Part shown: one piece after another, positions 15,407 to 23,994 of the stretch
Numbering within the stretch: the stretch's first letter is position 1
Layout of the letters: every line of letters starts with the position of its first letter
Source: Candidatus Micrarchaeia archaeon
Lineage (GTDB): Archaea; Micrarchaeota; Micrarchaeia; Micrarchaeales; Micrarchaeaceae
DNA: 25,044 bases
Assembly (NCBI GenBank): GCA_049964795.1
Contig: JBMFWY010000011.1
Coordinates: 1-25,044 of the forward strand
Reading direction: 5' to 3'
Made by a program: the position numbers and the translations under genes
Notes under the pieces: model-generated
Database searches by the model: none
What the model was told of the DNA's origin: nothing
What the model saw: the letters and a program-made list of their open reading frames with translations, nothing else

Positions 15407-16708
15407 TTGTTTCATACTGGCTTAAGGACGCATTATGTTTCAGAGCTTTCCCCAAGCATGGAAGGCAAAGAAGTAGTGCTTTGCGGCTGGGTGCACGAGG
15501 TAAGAAATGTTGGCAAGATTATATTTCTTCTCCTTAGGGATAGCACAGGTATAGTGCAAGTAATAGGCAAAGCGGGAGTTACTCCAGAGCTTGTTCTCAA
15601 AAGCATGGACTTGCAAAAGGAGAGCGTAATAGCAATTACAGGCACTGTGAAGGCGAACAAGGAGGCAAAAAAGGGTTTTGAGATTTATCCCAGCAAGATA
15701 GAAAACCTCAACCCTCTCAATGAAACGATGCCTTTTGACGTAGCGAGCAAGATTCCGGCAGATTTGGAAGTCAGGCTGGACTACAGGTATGTAGACCTGC
15801 GCAGAAGCCCAACCGCTGCCATTTTCAGCATACAATCTACGTTGCTTAATTCTTTCAGGGATTTTTTTGTAAAGAAAGGCTTCCAGGAAGTCAGGACGCC
15901 GAGCGTTGTAGGGGAAGCGACGGAAGGCGGTGCTGATCTTTTCAGCATAGATTACTTTGAGAGGAAAGCGTATCTAGCGCAGTCGCCACAGCTTTACAAA
16001 CAACTTGCAGTAATAGGAGGTATAGACAAAGTTTTTATGATAGTGCCAGTTTTCAGGGCGGAGAAATTCAACACCATATATCATCTCAATGAATCAACCC
16101 AGATGGATATAGAGATAGGCTTTGCCGATTACAACGATGCGATAAAGCTGCTCAAAGGGGTTGCTTTCGAGATGATAAAGAGAGTAGCGCTCAAGAATAG
16201 GGAGCAGCTCGAAGCGCTTGGCATAGAGCTAAATCTTAAGCCAGCAAAGGAAGTGACATACACCCAAGCGATAAAAAAGCTGAATGAGAATGGAATAAAG
16301 ATTGACTGGGGCGAAGACTTGAGCAGGGAAGCGGAGCAGGAAATATGCAAGACATACGGCGATTTAACTGTTGTAAAGTTTTATCCTACAAAGGCCAGGG
16401 CTTTTTACAGCATGCCGAACGAAAAGAACCCGGAGATCTCAAACAGCTACGACCTGCTTTACAAAGGGCTTGAAGTTTCGAGCGGTGCACAAAGGATACA
16501 CAAGCCAGACATGCTTGTAAAAGCGATAGAAGGTAGAGGCCTAAATCCCGCCGGCTTCAAATTTTATATAGACGCATTCAAGAGAGGCGCGCCTCCGCAT
16601 GCAGGGTGGAGCATAGGCTTGGAGAGGTTTACAATGCAGCTCACTGAGCAAAAGAACATAAGGGAGTGCTCCATGTTCCCGAGGGATAGGACGAGGCTTG
16701 CGCCATAA
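15407..16708 (+). CDS. aspS: Aspartyl-tRNA synthetase (archaeal type)
   Basis: RTHY...GWVHEVR OB fold, RLDYRYVDLR, ATEGGA, YLAQSPQLYKQ, FRAE, SGAQRIH, PPHAGWSIGLER, FPRDRTRL-P. Start placed at TTG 15407 behind an AAAGGTG RBS. Confidence 0.96.
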   Translation: MFHTGLRTHYVSELSPSMEGKEVVLCGWVHEVRNVGKIIFLLLRDSTGIVQVIGKAGVTPELVLKSMDLQKESVIAITGTVKANKEAKKGFEIYPSKIENLNPLNETMPFDVASKIPADLEVRLDYRYVDLRRSPTAAIFSIQSTLLNSFRDFFVKKGFQEVRTPSVVGEATEGGADLFSIDYFERKAYLAQSPQLYKQLAVIGGIDKVFMIVPVFRAEKFNTIYHLNESTQMDIEIGFADYNDAIKLLKGVAFEMIKRVALKNREQLEALGIELNLKPAKEVTYTQAIKKLNENGIKIDWGEDLSREAEQEICKTYGDLTVVKFYPTKARAFYSMPNEKNPEISNSYDLLYKGLEVSSGAQRIHKPDMLVKAIEGRGLNPAGFKFYIDAFKRGAPPHAGWSIGLERFTMQLTEQKNIRECSMFPRDRTRLAP

Positions 16709-16738
16709 AGCCTTGCTCCATGCTTATGCGAAAGGCTT
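16709..16738. terminator. Inverted repeat between convergent genes (AAGCCTT...AAGGCTT)
   Basis: 7-bp arms spanning the short gap between aspS and the 409-aa ORF. Confidence 0.35.
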
Positions 16739-17966
16739 ATTGCAAGTTTTTTATGCGTACCTGCCTGCCATATTCGCTGTAAAGCATCTGCTCTATTTCT
16801 GCCTTGCTACGGCTTATTTCAAGAGACAGAAGCTCACGCCTCTTGCCCAAATCAATCTGCTTGCGATCCTCTTCTTCTGCTTCCTTAGCTGCGCTGCGAT
16901 ATCCCTCCAATGCGCTTTCTTGCTTCTTTATTTCTAGCTTAATAAGGCTTATCTGCCCAAGTAAATGATTTATGCCTGTGATTTTCTGACTTATGCTGTA
17001 ATCGATTGCTTTGTTGATATGCTGCAGCAAAAGTTTCTTTTCCTGGCCGGGCTCGCCTTTTTCCACGCTTTCGCGCAGTCTTAGCAGCACGTCCTCAAAG
17101 CTAGAGTATTGCCCGCCAGAAAAATTAGCTTCAAAAGGCGCAGATATGTAGGGCATTATCTTGCTGCCTTCCTTCAGGCCGTGATCAAATTTCCTGGCTG
17201 CGCGTTCCATGGGCTTCAGAATAACTTCGACTTCGGAGCGCTGCAGGCGCAATTTTGACTCTAGGGTATGCAACTGTTCTGCTAGGCTTTTTAATGCATG
17301 CTCGTGCGATTCTGCTTCTGAGATTAGGATGTTTCTTTCCCCTTTATGGGTACTATCCGAAGCGCTTGCAGGAAGAGCCAGTGCTTCCAATTCATCTATG
17401 CGCATTGTAAGTTTTTCAATTGCAATGCGCATGGAATTGTATTTGCCGAAATGCTCTCCCTCCTTTCCCAATTCGCGCTCCAACTCTTTTGCCTGCCTTT
17501 CCAGAGCGGAAAAAGGTTTTTTAAAAAGCGATATGCCAAAATAGTAGCCGAACACTACGACTTTGAAATTTGAATTTGTATATAGGACTTTGTATATGAA
17601 GGAGGAGTAGATAGAGTGAACTTCGCGCATGCGTTCGTATCCCGTATCCTTGTCGATTTTGCCAAGGCTGTCTTTTAGGGAAGCCAATGCATTGGCCAAG
17701 ACGTTTTGGTAATTTAGCTTCTGAGACTTTACAAAACTAGGGCTGCTAGCGCCAGAAACTTCTACATCTGGCATTGCATCAATCTCAGAAAACTTTTCCA
17801 AGGCGCGCGAAAAGTCTTCCAGCGAACTGAATAACAAATCGGCCTTCTTTTCGCAGGACTTTACAGTAGGTGCAGTGAGGGTATTAAATGAAGAAAGTAG
17901 ATATGCTCTTGCGGCATCGATGTCCAAATCCAAAGGGGGCGCGCCCCTGCCAAAAAATCCTCGCAT
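16737..17966 (-). CDS. Hypothetical all-alpha/coiled-coil protein (409 aa)
   Basis: Long ORF with heptad-like L/E/K-rich segments; no catalytic motif recognised. Confidence 0.8.
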   Translation of the reverse strand: MRGFFGRGAPPLDLDIDAARAYLLSSFNTLTAPTVKSCEKKADLLFSSLEDFSRALEKFSEIDAMPDVEVSGASSPSFVKSQKLNYQNVLANALASLKDSLGKIDKDTGYERMREVHSIYSSFIYKVLYTNSNFKVVVFGYYFGISLFKKPFSALERQAKELERELGKEGEHFGKYNSMRIAIEKLTMRIDELEALALPASASDSTHKGERNILISEAESHEHALKSLAEQLHTLESKLRLQRSEVEVILKPMERAARKFDHGLKEGSKIMPYISAPFEANFSGGQYSSFEDVLLRLRESVEKGEPGQEKKLLLQHINKAIDYSISQKITGINHLLGQISLIKLEIKKQESALEGYRSAAKEAEEEDRKQIDLGKRRELLSLEISRSKAEIEQMLYSEYGRQVRIKNLQ

Positions 17967-18182
17967 TTAAGTCATTTTTAAGTTAGGTTGAAAACAAGGT
18001 ATTGTAGCATTGCTAGATTTATTACACATACCCTTATTCTATTAGTAAAAAAGTAAAATTAGGTATTTTTTAAAGTTGGGCATGTTTGCTTATGTGGTTA
18101 GCGGAAAGCAGCTTGCAGGAAAGACCAAGATTTGCAAATAAAGCCGAACAAGCAACAAAGCAGAAGGATAGGGAGTATAAAG

Positions 18183-18256
18183 CGAAAGGTTTATATATCT
18201 ATTTATATATATCTGTTAATAGATATCTATTATAAGATATCTTTATTAAGATAAAT
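18183..18256 (+). promoter_or_regulatory. padR promoter (CGAAAGG-TTTATATA) overlaid by a tandem 14-bp operator-like array
   Basis: ATATCT ends at 18200, 18214, 18228 and 18242; perfect 16-bp palindrome TAATAGATATCTATTA at 18217-18232. Confidence 0.7.
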
Positions 18257-18274
18257 AATTGAACGGTGAAAAAC

Positions 18275-18832
18275 ATGAGAGGAAGAATGCATGGAGGATT
18301 TGGAGGAGTTGAAGGAGATGAAGGATATGGGAGAGGCCCTATGGGCCGCTATGGAAGCAGGAGATACGCAGGCATGATGGGATTCCCGATGCAAAGGGGA
18401 TTCGTAGGGCTAAGGTATTGGATCCTAAACCTCACTTCAAGGCGTGAGATGACTGGCGCAGAGATAATGTCTGCAATGAGCGAGATGTCGATGGGAGGCT
18501 GGAGCCCTTCTCCAGGGAATCTTTATCCTGCGCTCAAAAGCATGGAAGAGGAAGGTTACCTGGAATCCAGAGAGGAGGGAATTAAAAAATTCTATAAGGC
18601 CTCTCAAAAAGGGAGAGAACTGCTCGAGACCTTCAGTTGGCCGGCAGGAGCAGGATTCCAAAACAGGCAGAGAATGCCGGTATTTGAGGGAGTATCTGGA
18701 GACGCAGATGTGTTGGAGAACCTCAGCGGCTACATAGAGTACCTCAAGGACCACTCAGCGGAGATAAAAGGAGACAAAGCGCTTCGCGAAAGACTCGACA
18801 AGCTTAAGAGGGAGTTCGACGCTTTGTTCTGA
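18275..18832 (+). CDS. PadR-family transcriptional regulator with a Gly/Arg/Met-rich N-tail
   Basis: GLRYWIL...MTGAEIM...WSPSPGNLYPALKSMEEEGYL...KKFY-ASQKG; GGTGA RBS before ATG 18275. Confidence 0.92.
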   Translation: MRGRMHGGFGGVEGDEGYGRGPMGRYGSRRYAGMMGFPMQRGFVGLRYWILNLTSRREMTGAEIMSAMSEMSMGGWSPSPGNLYPALKSMEEEGYLESREEGIKKFYKASQKGRELLETFSWPAGAGFQNRQRMPVFEGVSGDADVLENLSGYIEYLKDHSAEIKGDKALRERLDKLKREFDALF

Positions 18833-18849
18833 TAGATGAACGGAAGGTA

Positions 18850-20061
18850 TTAGGGCAGGGGCCTGTCGGAAGGTGCCTTGAATATGGCAAAAGCGGTGAG
18901 CTCCTGCCTGTTGTGCCGCAGTTTGGCAAATTTTATTTCTGAGGAGAATTTGGACAGCAAAGACCTTGCCTTTTCTATGTAATGCTCAGGCTTAGGCTCT
19001 GGCATTTTTATTGTGATTATTATGGCAGAGCCAGGGGCAAGAAAGCGGCCCAATAAAGCGACAACAGCAGCTGCTTCATCCGGCTCCTTGTTTATGTCGA
19101 TCGCAAGCATGCTGAACCTACCCAAAAGCTCGAAAGCGGGAGGCAATGCATTTGACATATTAAATACCAAATGAACAAGATCATAATTTTCAAAAATGTC
19201 TGATTTCGCGGCCAATTCTTCAAATTCTTTCATGCTTTTAGCTTCTATTTTGCGCGCTTTTGCCTTTTCCTGTAAAGCGGCGTTTTTTGAATAATCATTT
19301 AACACGACGAGTATGCGCGACTGTTTTGGCATCAAATCGTATGACATAAAAGCGCTATCGATGGCGAGGACTTTTGCCCCATTCGAAAGCAGAAAATGCG
19401 TCCAACCGCCTGGTGCAGAGCCTACGTCTATACATCTGGCGCCTTCTTTGATGCTTATGCCAAAATGCTCCACGGCCTCGATCAGCTTAAATTCAGATCT
19501 GTTTATATGTACAGGATTTGACTTGTTAAAATACCTAAAGGCATCAAGCCCGCTTCTTTTTGCTAATGATTGCAAGCCTATTATTGCCCCTCTTGAGGTA
19601 AGCACTATGTTTATCTGAAGCGCGGGATTTTTCAAATCTGCAACAAGTCCCAGAGATTCTATTTCGCGACCTATCTTGACTTCCAAATCCTTTGCGTGCT
19701 CCTCGGATTTATAATCCACTTTTTTTACTTCTATACGAAAGCTCTTTTTTTCAGAACTAAGCCCCAATATCATATTGAATACGTTTTCCGCTACTACGAA
19801 ATATTCCGCGTCTATATCCTTTATAAAAGTGAAAACAGGGAAGATCTCGTAAACATATGAGAGTGGAGTGCCAAAATCGAACTCGCCACGACAATTTTTG
19901 CAGCTGGCAAATATTACAGAAGTAGAAGAATCCTGCGCCACCCGCTTAAACTCGGCATTTGGAAAAAGACTTTTAAGCTCTTTGAGGGCCTGAATGTAAA
20001 AACGCGGGTCAGCTAGCGCTGCAAATTCTTCCTCCACACAACCACTTTTTCTCTGATTCAC
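18850..20061 (-). CDS. THUMP + FtsJ-type RNA 2'-O-methyltransferase (RlmM-like architecture)
   Basis: THUMP (SFRIEVKK...LEVKIG...ADLKNP), then NRSEFKLIEA, IDVGSAPGGWT, AID, IDIN, ITIK and HNRQELT giving a K-D-K-E tetrad. Confidence 0.85.
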   Translation of the reverse strand: MNQRKSGCVEEEFAALADPRFYIQALKELKSLFPNAEFKRVAQDSSTSVIFASCKNCRGEFDFGTPLSYVYEIFPVFTFIKDIDAEYFVVAENVFNMILGLSSEKKSFRIEVKKVDYKSEEHAKDLEVKIGREIESLGLVADLKNPALQINIVLTSRGAIIGLQSLAKRSGLDAFRYFNKSNPVHINRSEFKLIEAVEHFGISIKEGARCIDVGSAPGGWTHFLLSNGAKVLAIDSAFMSYDLMPKQSRILVVLNDYSKNAALQEKAKARKIEAKSMKEFEELAAKSDIFENYDLVHLVFNMSNALPPAFELLGRFSMLAIDINKEPDEAAAVVALLGRFLAPGSAIIITIKMPEPKPEHYIEKARSLLSKFSSEIKFAKLRHNRQELTAFAIFKAPSDRPLP

Positions 20062-20139
20062 AGTAAAGGATTATATTCCTTTTGCATTGAATATTAATAT
20101 GCTTGCCTTGTCCTATACAATAAGCCGAAAAGTGTTTTT

Positions 20140-21570
20140 ATGATAAAAAAAGTTCACGATTTTCTGTGGGAAGTTGAAAAAGAAGGAGACATGAATGTGC
20201 CAGTGCGCCTTTATGCAAGCGAGATAATAGCGGAAAATATGCAAAGAGATAGAACATTGCAGCAGGCAATAAATGCGGCAAAGCTGCCCTCAATAGTCAA
20301 GCACATGCTTGTAATGCCAGATGGACACGAAGGCTATGGCTTTCCGGTAGGAGGTGTTGCTGCATTTGATGCTGAAAATGGAATAATTTCTCCAGGTGCA
20401 ATAGGTTTCGACATAAACTGCGGCATGAGGCTCATAAAAACCAACCTCACAATGGAAGACATAAAGCCGCGCCTTGGAGAGCTTATGGACAAGCTATTTG
20501 CAAACGTTCCAAGTGGAGTAGGCAGCAAAGTAAACATGAATTTTACGCAAAACGATTTGGAGAGGATAGCTACCGAAGGCGTGGATTACATAGTTCAAAA
20601 AGGTTTCGGAACAAAAGAAGACATAGAAAGAATAGAGGAAAATGGAGCGATGGAAGGGGCGGATACTGCAGCGGTAAGCTCAATGGCAAAGAAAAGGGGC
20701 TTGCACGAAGTAGGCACACTTGGCGCAGGCAACCACTTCCTTGAAGTGCAGAGAGTGGAGAAAATTTTTGATGAAAAGATAGCGAAGGTTTTCGGGCTTG
20801 AAGAAGGGCAAATAGTTGTGATGCTGCACTCGGGCTCAAGAGGCTACGGCCACCAGATATGCAGCGATTACCTAAAGGTTCTTTCAGATTACCAAAAAAG
20901 AAATAATATAAAGCTTGCAGATCCTGAGCTTGCTTATGCCGAAGTAAATTCCAAGGAGGCACAGGATTACCTCAAGGCTATGAGTGCAGCGGTCAACTTC
21001 GCCTTTGTGAATAGGCAGGTAATGACAAATTCGATAAGAAAGAGCTTTGAGACAGTGTTTGTAAAAAGCGCTGATGCTCTTGGCATGGAGCTCCTTTACG
21101 ATGTAGCTCACAACATAGCAAAACTTGAGGAGCACGATGTAGATGGGAAGAGAGTAAAGCTGTACGTGCACAGGAAAGGAGCAACAAGGGCCTTTGCTCC
21201 TGGAAGAAAAGAGGTGCCAAAGCTTTATAGAGAAGCGGGGCAGCCTGTAATAATACCTGGAAGCATGGGCACTGCAAGCTATGTGCTTGCGGGGAGAGAA
21301 GAGGCAATGAAGGAAACATTCGGCTCTTCCTGCCACGGCTCCGGAAGGCTCATGTCAAGGCATGCTGCAATAAGAGAGATACCTGCTTCGAAGACCTTAG
21401 GCGACCTAAAAAGCAAAGGCGTCGAGCTTCGGGTAAGAAACAAGAGCTTAATAAGTGAGGAGGCGGAATGGGCGTACAAAAACGTAGATGAAGTAGTAGG
21501 CAGCATAGCAAGGGCCAAGATATCTAACATTGTGGCAAGGCTTGTGCCAATTGGAGTAGCAAAAGGATAA
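20140..21570 (+). CDS. rtcB: RNA-splicing/repair ligase RtcB (no intein)
   Basis: MPDGHEGYGFPVGG, GFDINCG, GTLGAGNHFLE, HSGSRG, HNIAK, HRKGAT, PGSMG, SSCHGSGR, AYKNV. Confidence 0.98.
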   Translation: MIKKVHDFLWEVEKEGDMNVPVRLYASEIIAENMQRDRTLQQAINAAKLPSIVKHMLVMPDGHEGYGFPVGGVAAFDAENGIISPGAIGFDINCGMRLIKTNLTMEDIKPRLGELMDKLFANVPSGVGSKVNMNFTQNDLERIATEGVDYIVQKGFGTKEDIERIEENGAMEGADTAAVSSMAKKRGLHEVGTLGAGNHFLEVQRVEKIFDEKIAKVFGLEEGQIVVMLHSGSRGYGHQICSDYLKVLSDYQKRNNIKLADPELAYAEVNSKEAQDYLKAMSAAVNFAFVNRQVMTNSIRKSFETVFVKSADALGMELLYDVAHNIAKLEEHDVDGKRVKLYVHRKGATRAFAPGRKEVPKLYREAGQPVIIPGSMGTASYVLAGREEAMKETFGSSCHGSGRLMSRHAAIREIPASKTLGDLKSKGVELRVRNKSLISEEAEWAYKNVDEVVGSIARAKISNIVARLVPIGVAKG

Positions 21571-21637
21571 AACAGCACCAAGACATATCAATAAATAATA
21601 GGATGTGTGTAAAATTTCAAATAAAAGGTGAAAACAG

Positions 21638-21895
21638 ATGTCAAGGATTGTACTGCATGAAATGAACCACCCATATGTGGTAAAGCTGAAAGATCTTCCG
21701 GGAATAGGAAACATTACCAAGGACGAGAAGGTTTTGAACTATGAGATACATCTATGTTCCTGTGGCTTATCAAAGAACAAGCCTTTCTGCGATGGCAGCC
21801 ATGCAAGAACTAAGGATGAAGAGCAAGGCAAGGTTTACGACTATGACGAAAGCGATTCGAGGCACGAACTCGTAAACAGATACAAGCAAGAGTGA
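21638..21895 (+). CDS. CDGSH iron-sulfur domain protein
   Basis: LCSCGLSKNKPFCDGSH signature; AAGGTGA RBS. Confidence 0.93.
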   Translation: MSRIVLHEMNHPYVVKLKDLPGIGNITKDEKVLNYEIHLCSCGLSKNKPFCDGSHARTKDEEQGKVYDYDESDSRHELVNRYKQE

Positions 21896-22005
21896 CTATA
21901 ATTTAACCTGACACAATTTGCCAGGATTCTTTCTACTTTTGCAGAAGCATTTGGCATGCTAAAAGAAAGCTATTTATTGCTTTTTTTAATAGTATCATTG
22001 AGGAT

Positions 22006-22992
22006 ATGGAAAAAGCAAGTGATACACATAGGCAAGATTCAGAAAGTCGCAATTCTCTTAATCCTAAAATTAGAATAAGGCACGCAGGCAAGGTTTTTTC
22101 GAAAGCGCAGTCTGCAATGGAATACTTAATGACCTACGGCTGGGCCATACTCATAATTGCAGTAGTGCTTGGCGCCTTGTTCCAGCTTGGCGTTTTCAAT
22201 GCAAACAACTTCGCGCCGAAGGCGCCACCAGGCTCATGCCAGGTATTTAGACCAAATGGACCTGGCACGACATCTTTCATAAACCTTGAAGGCATATGCA
22301 GCGGCGAGCTGCCGCAGTATGTGGCACAGTTCAATGGGCAGAGCAGCTATATAATTATACCCCATTCTTCATCATACGCAGTTACTGGCGCCTTCAGCAT
22401 AAGTTGGTGGTTCAGTAGTGCGCTACCATTAACGGCTAGTTTTGACGGCGAAATGCTTACTTCAAGGCAACCTACAGATACTACGTTTGATATGCAGCTT
22501 ATTGGTGGCGGCGCTTATGGAGGTTCTGGATGGTCTGGACTACACGGTGATATAGGAACTGGCACAGGAACTTGGCTTTCAACATCGGTGGATTATGAGT
22601 TTCCTTTTAGTCAAAATACATGGTATAATGTAGTGGTTGTTTTTACTACAACCGGTTGGTCTATATTTTTGAATGGTAAAAACGTCAGCAGCGGAACATA
22701 TAATGGAATACCGAGCCTTCTCGATTCAAATTCTTATCTGAAGATAGGAACCCCTGCTCCATTTTTTGGTTCCATAGCGAATGTCCAAATATACAATACC
22801 TCCCTTTCATCAAATGACATAGAGGCCCTCTACCAAGAGGGCATTGGTGGCGCGCCTATTGATCTGCAGAACCTTGTTGGCTGGTGGCCATTGAACGGCG
22901 ACGCCAACGACTACTCTGGCAACGGCAACAACGGCGTACCTACAAACGTTACCTTTACAAGCAATTGGTGGTCTGGCTACACACCGCCATGA
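22006..22992 (+). CDS. Class III signal peptide (archaeal pilin-like) protein with a LamG/concanavalin-like domain
   Basis: SKA|QSAMEYLMTYGWAILIIAVVLGALF prepilin motif with Glu at +5; LamG motifs FSISWWF, WYNVVVVF, IFLNG, GSIANVQIYNTSLS, LVGWWPLNGDANDYSG. Confidence 0.9.
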   Translation: MEKASDTHRQDSESRNSLNPKIRIRHAGKVFSKAQSAMEYLMTYGWAILIIAVVLGALFQLGVFNANNFAPKAPPGSCQVFRPNGPGTTSFINLEGICSGELPQYVAQFNGQSSYIIIPHSSSYAVTGAFSISWWFSSALPLTASFDGEMLTSRQPTDTTFDMQLIGGGAYGGSGWSGLHGDIGTGTGTWLSTSVDYEFPFSQNTWYNVVVVFTTTGWSIFLNGKNVSSGTYNGIPSLLDSNSYLKIGTPAPFFGSIANVQIYNTSLSSNDIEALYQEGIGGAPIDLQNLVGWWPLNGDANDYSGNGNNGVPTNVTFTSNWWSGYTPP

Positions 22993-23031
22993 TACCAAAT
23001 CTTCTAATCACTCCGCATTGATACAGCATAG

Positions 23032-23047
23032 CGAAGTGCTTTTAATA
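23032..23047 (+). promoter_or_regulatory. Candidate BRE-TATA promoter of the ATPase operon
   Basis: CGAAGTGC-TTTTAATA; a second candidate TATA box (TTTATAA) lies near 23113. Confidence 0.4.
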
Positions 23048-23171
23048 CTTAATCTTAAATAAATTTGAGGGCTGCTTTGAATTTACTTCATAAAAAAACC
23101 CTTGGCGATTGCTTTATAAGCTATGCTTGCCCGAATTAATTGACAGGTATTGCGATTTAAATGGTGAAAAA

Positions 23172-23396
23172 ATGGTTGTTGCAAACCCAGAATACGCTAT
23201 TGCCGCGGCAATAGCAATTGCAGGAGGTCTTATAGGTACTGGAGTAGCGCAGCAGGGAATAGGGGCTGCAGGCATGGGAATTATCGCCGAAAGGCCAGAA
23301 AAGTTTGGCCAAGTGCTATTCTTCTTCGTCATACCCGAAACCCTTTGGATAATCGGCTTCGTGCTTGGGCTTATATTGCTGCTTCAGATACTTTGA
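23172..23396 (+). CDS. atpK: A/V-type ATP synthase proteolipid subunit K (c), single hairpin
   Basis: Two hydrophobic helices, GIGAAGMG, IAERPE loop, ion-carrying Glu in IPETLW; GGTGA RBS before ATG 23172. Confidence 0.93.
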   Translation: MVVANPEYAIAAAIAIAGGLIGTGVAQQGIGAAGMGIIAERPEKFGQVLFFFVIPETLWIIGFVLGLILLLQIL

Positions 23397-23411
23397 AGAA
23401 GCGTGCATAAT

Positions 23412-23990
23412 ATGGGGCTTGAAGAGGTCTTGGAAAGCATAAAGGCGCACAAGGAAGGCAGCATAGCGCAGATAGAGCGAGAAGCTGCGGAGCAAGAAGA
23501 GAAGATACTGGGCGAAGCTAAAGAGGCAGCCAAAGCGATTGCAAAGGAAAGCAAAGCAAAAGCAAAAAGTGATGCAGAACAGCTCATTGCTAGAGAGCTG
23601 TCTAAAGCTAGGATAGAGGCAAAAATGATTTACAATAACGCAGTCAGTGAAAAAGTAGAGCAAGGTATTTCTGAGATAAAAGAGAATTTTGAAGAAATTG
23701 CAAAAAGCGCTCGCTATCGTGAAATCCTGAATAAGCTCGCAAATAAGGCAGTAAAGGAGCTTGGAGATGACTGCATAATAGTTGCAAACAAGCAGGATTT
23801 GACATACCTTAAAAAAGCTGCAGGGAAGTTTTCGATAGGGCAGCCGGATGAAAGCATAACCGCAGGACTTCGAGCCTTTTCAAAAGATGGAAGGAAGGAG
23901 GTAGACTATACACTTGAAAGCATGATCGAAGAAATGCATGACAGGATTGCTTCCAGGCTTGCAAGTTACGCAATAGGCAATGAAGAGTGA
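23412..23990 (+). CDS. atpE: A/V-type ATP synthase subunit E
   Basis: MGLEEVLESI start, long E/A/K coiled coil, C-terminal AGL-AFSKDG---VDYTLE; position between K and C. Confidence 0.9.
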   Translation: MGLEEVLESIKAHKEGSIAQIEREAAEQEEKILGEAKEAAKAIAKESKAKAKSDAEQLIARELSKARIEAKMIYNNAVSEKVEQGISEIKENFEEIAKSARYREILNKLANKAVKELGDDCIIVANKQDLTYLKKAAGKFSIGQPDESITAGLRAFSKDGRKEVDYTLESMIEEMHDRIASRLASYAIGNEE

Positions 23991-23994
23991 AAGA

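Noticed and set aside
18187-18256. Tandem repeats as a mini-CRISPR
   Set aside because: 14-bp period with no unique spacers and no cas genes; fits an operator array.
20140-21570. Intein or intron in rtcB (a known intein host)
   Set aside because: 476 aa is the normal intein-free length and the motifs are contiguous.
22890-22940. AAC-rich stretch resembling a diversity-generating retroelement template repeat
   Set aside because: It encodes the ordinary NGDANDYSGNGNNG LamG-associated motif; there is no second copy and no reverse transcriptase in the window.
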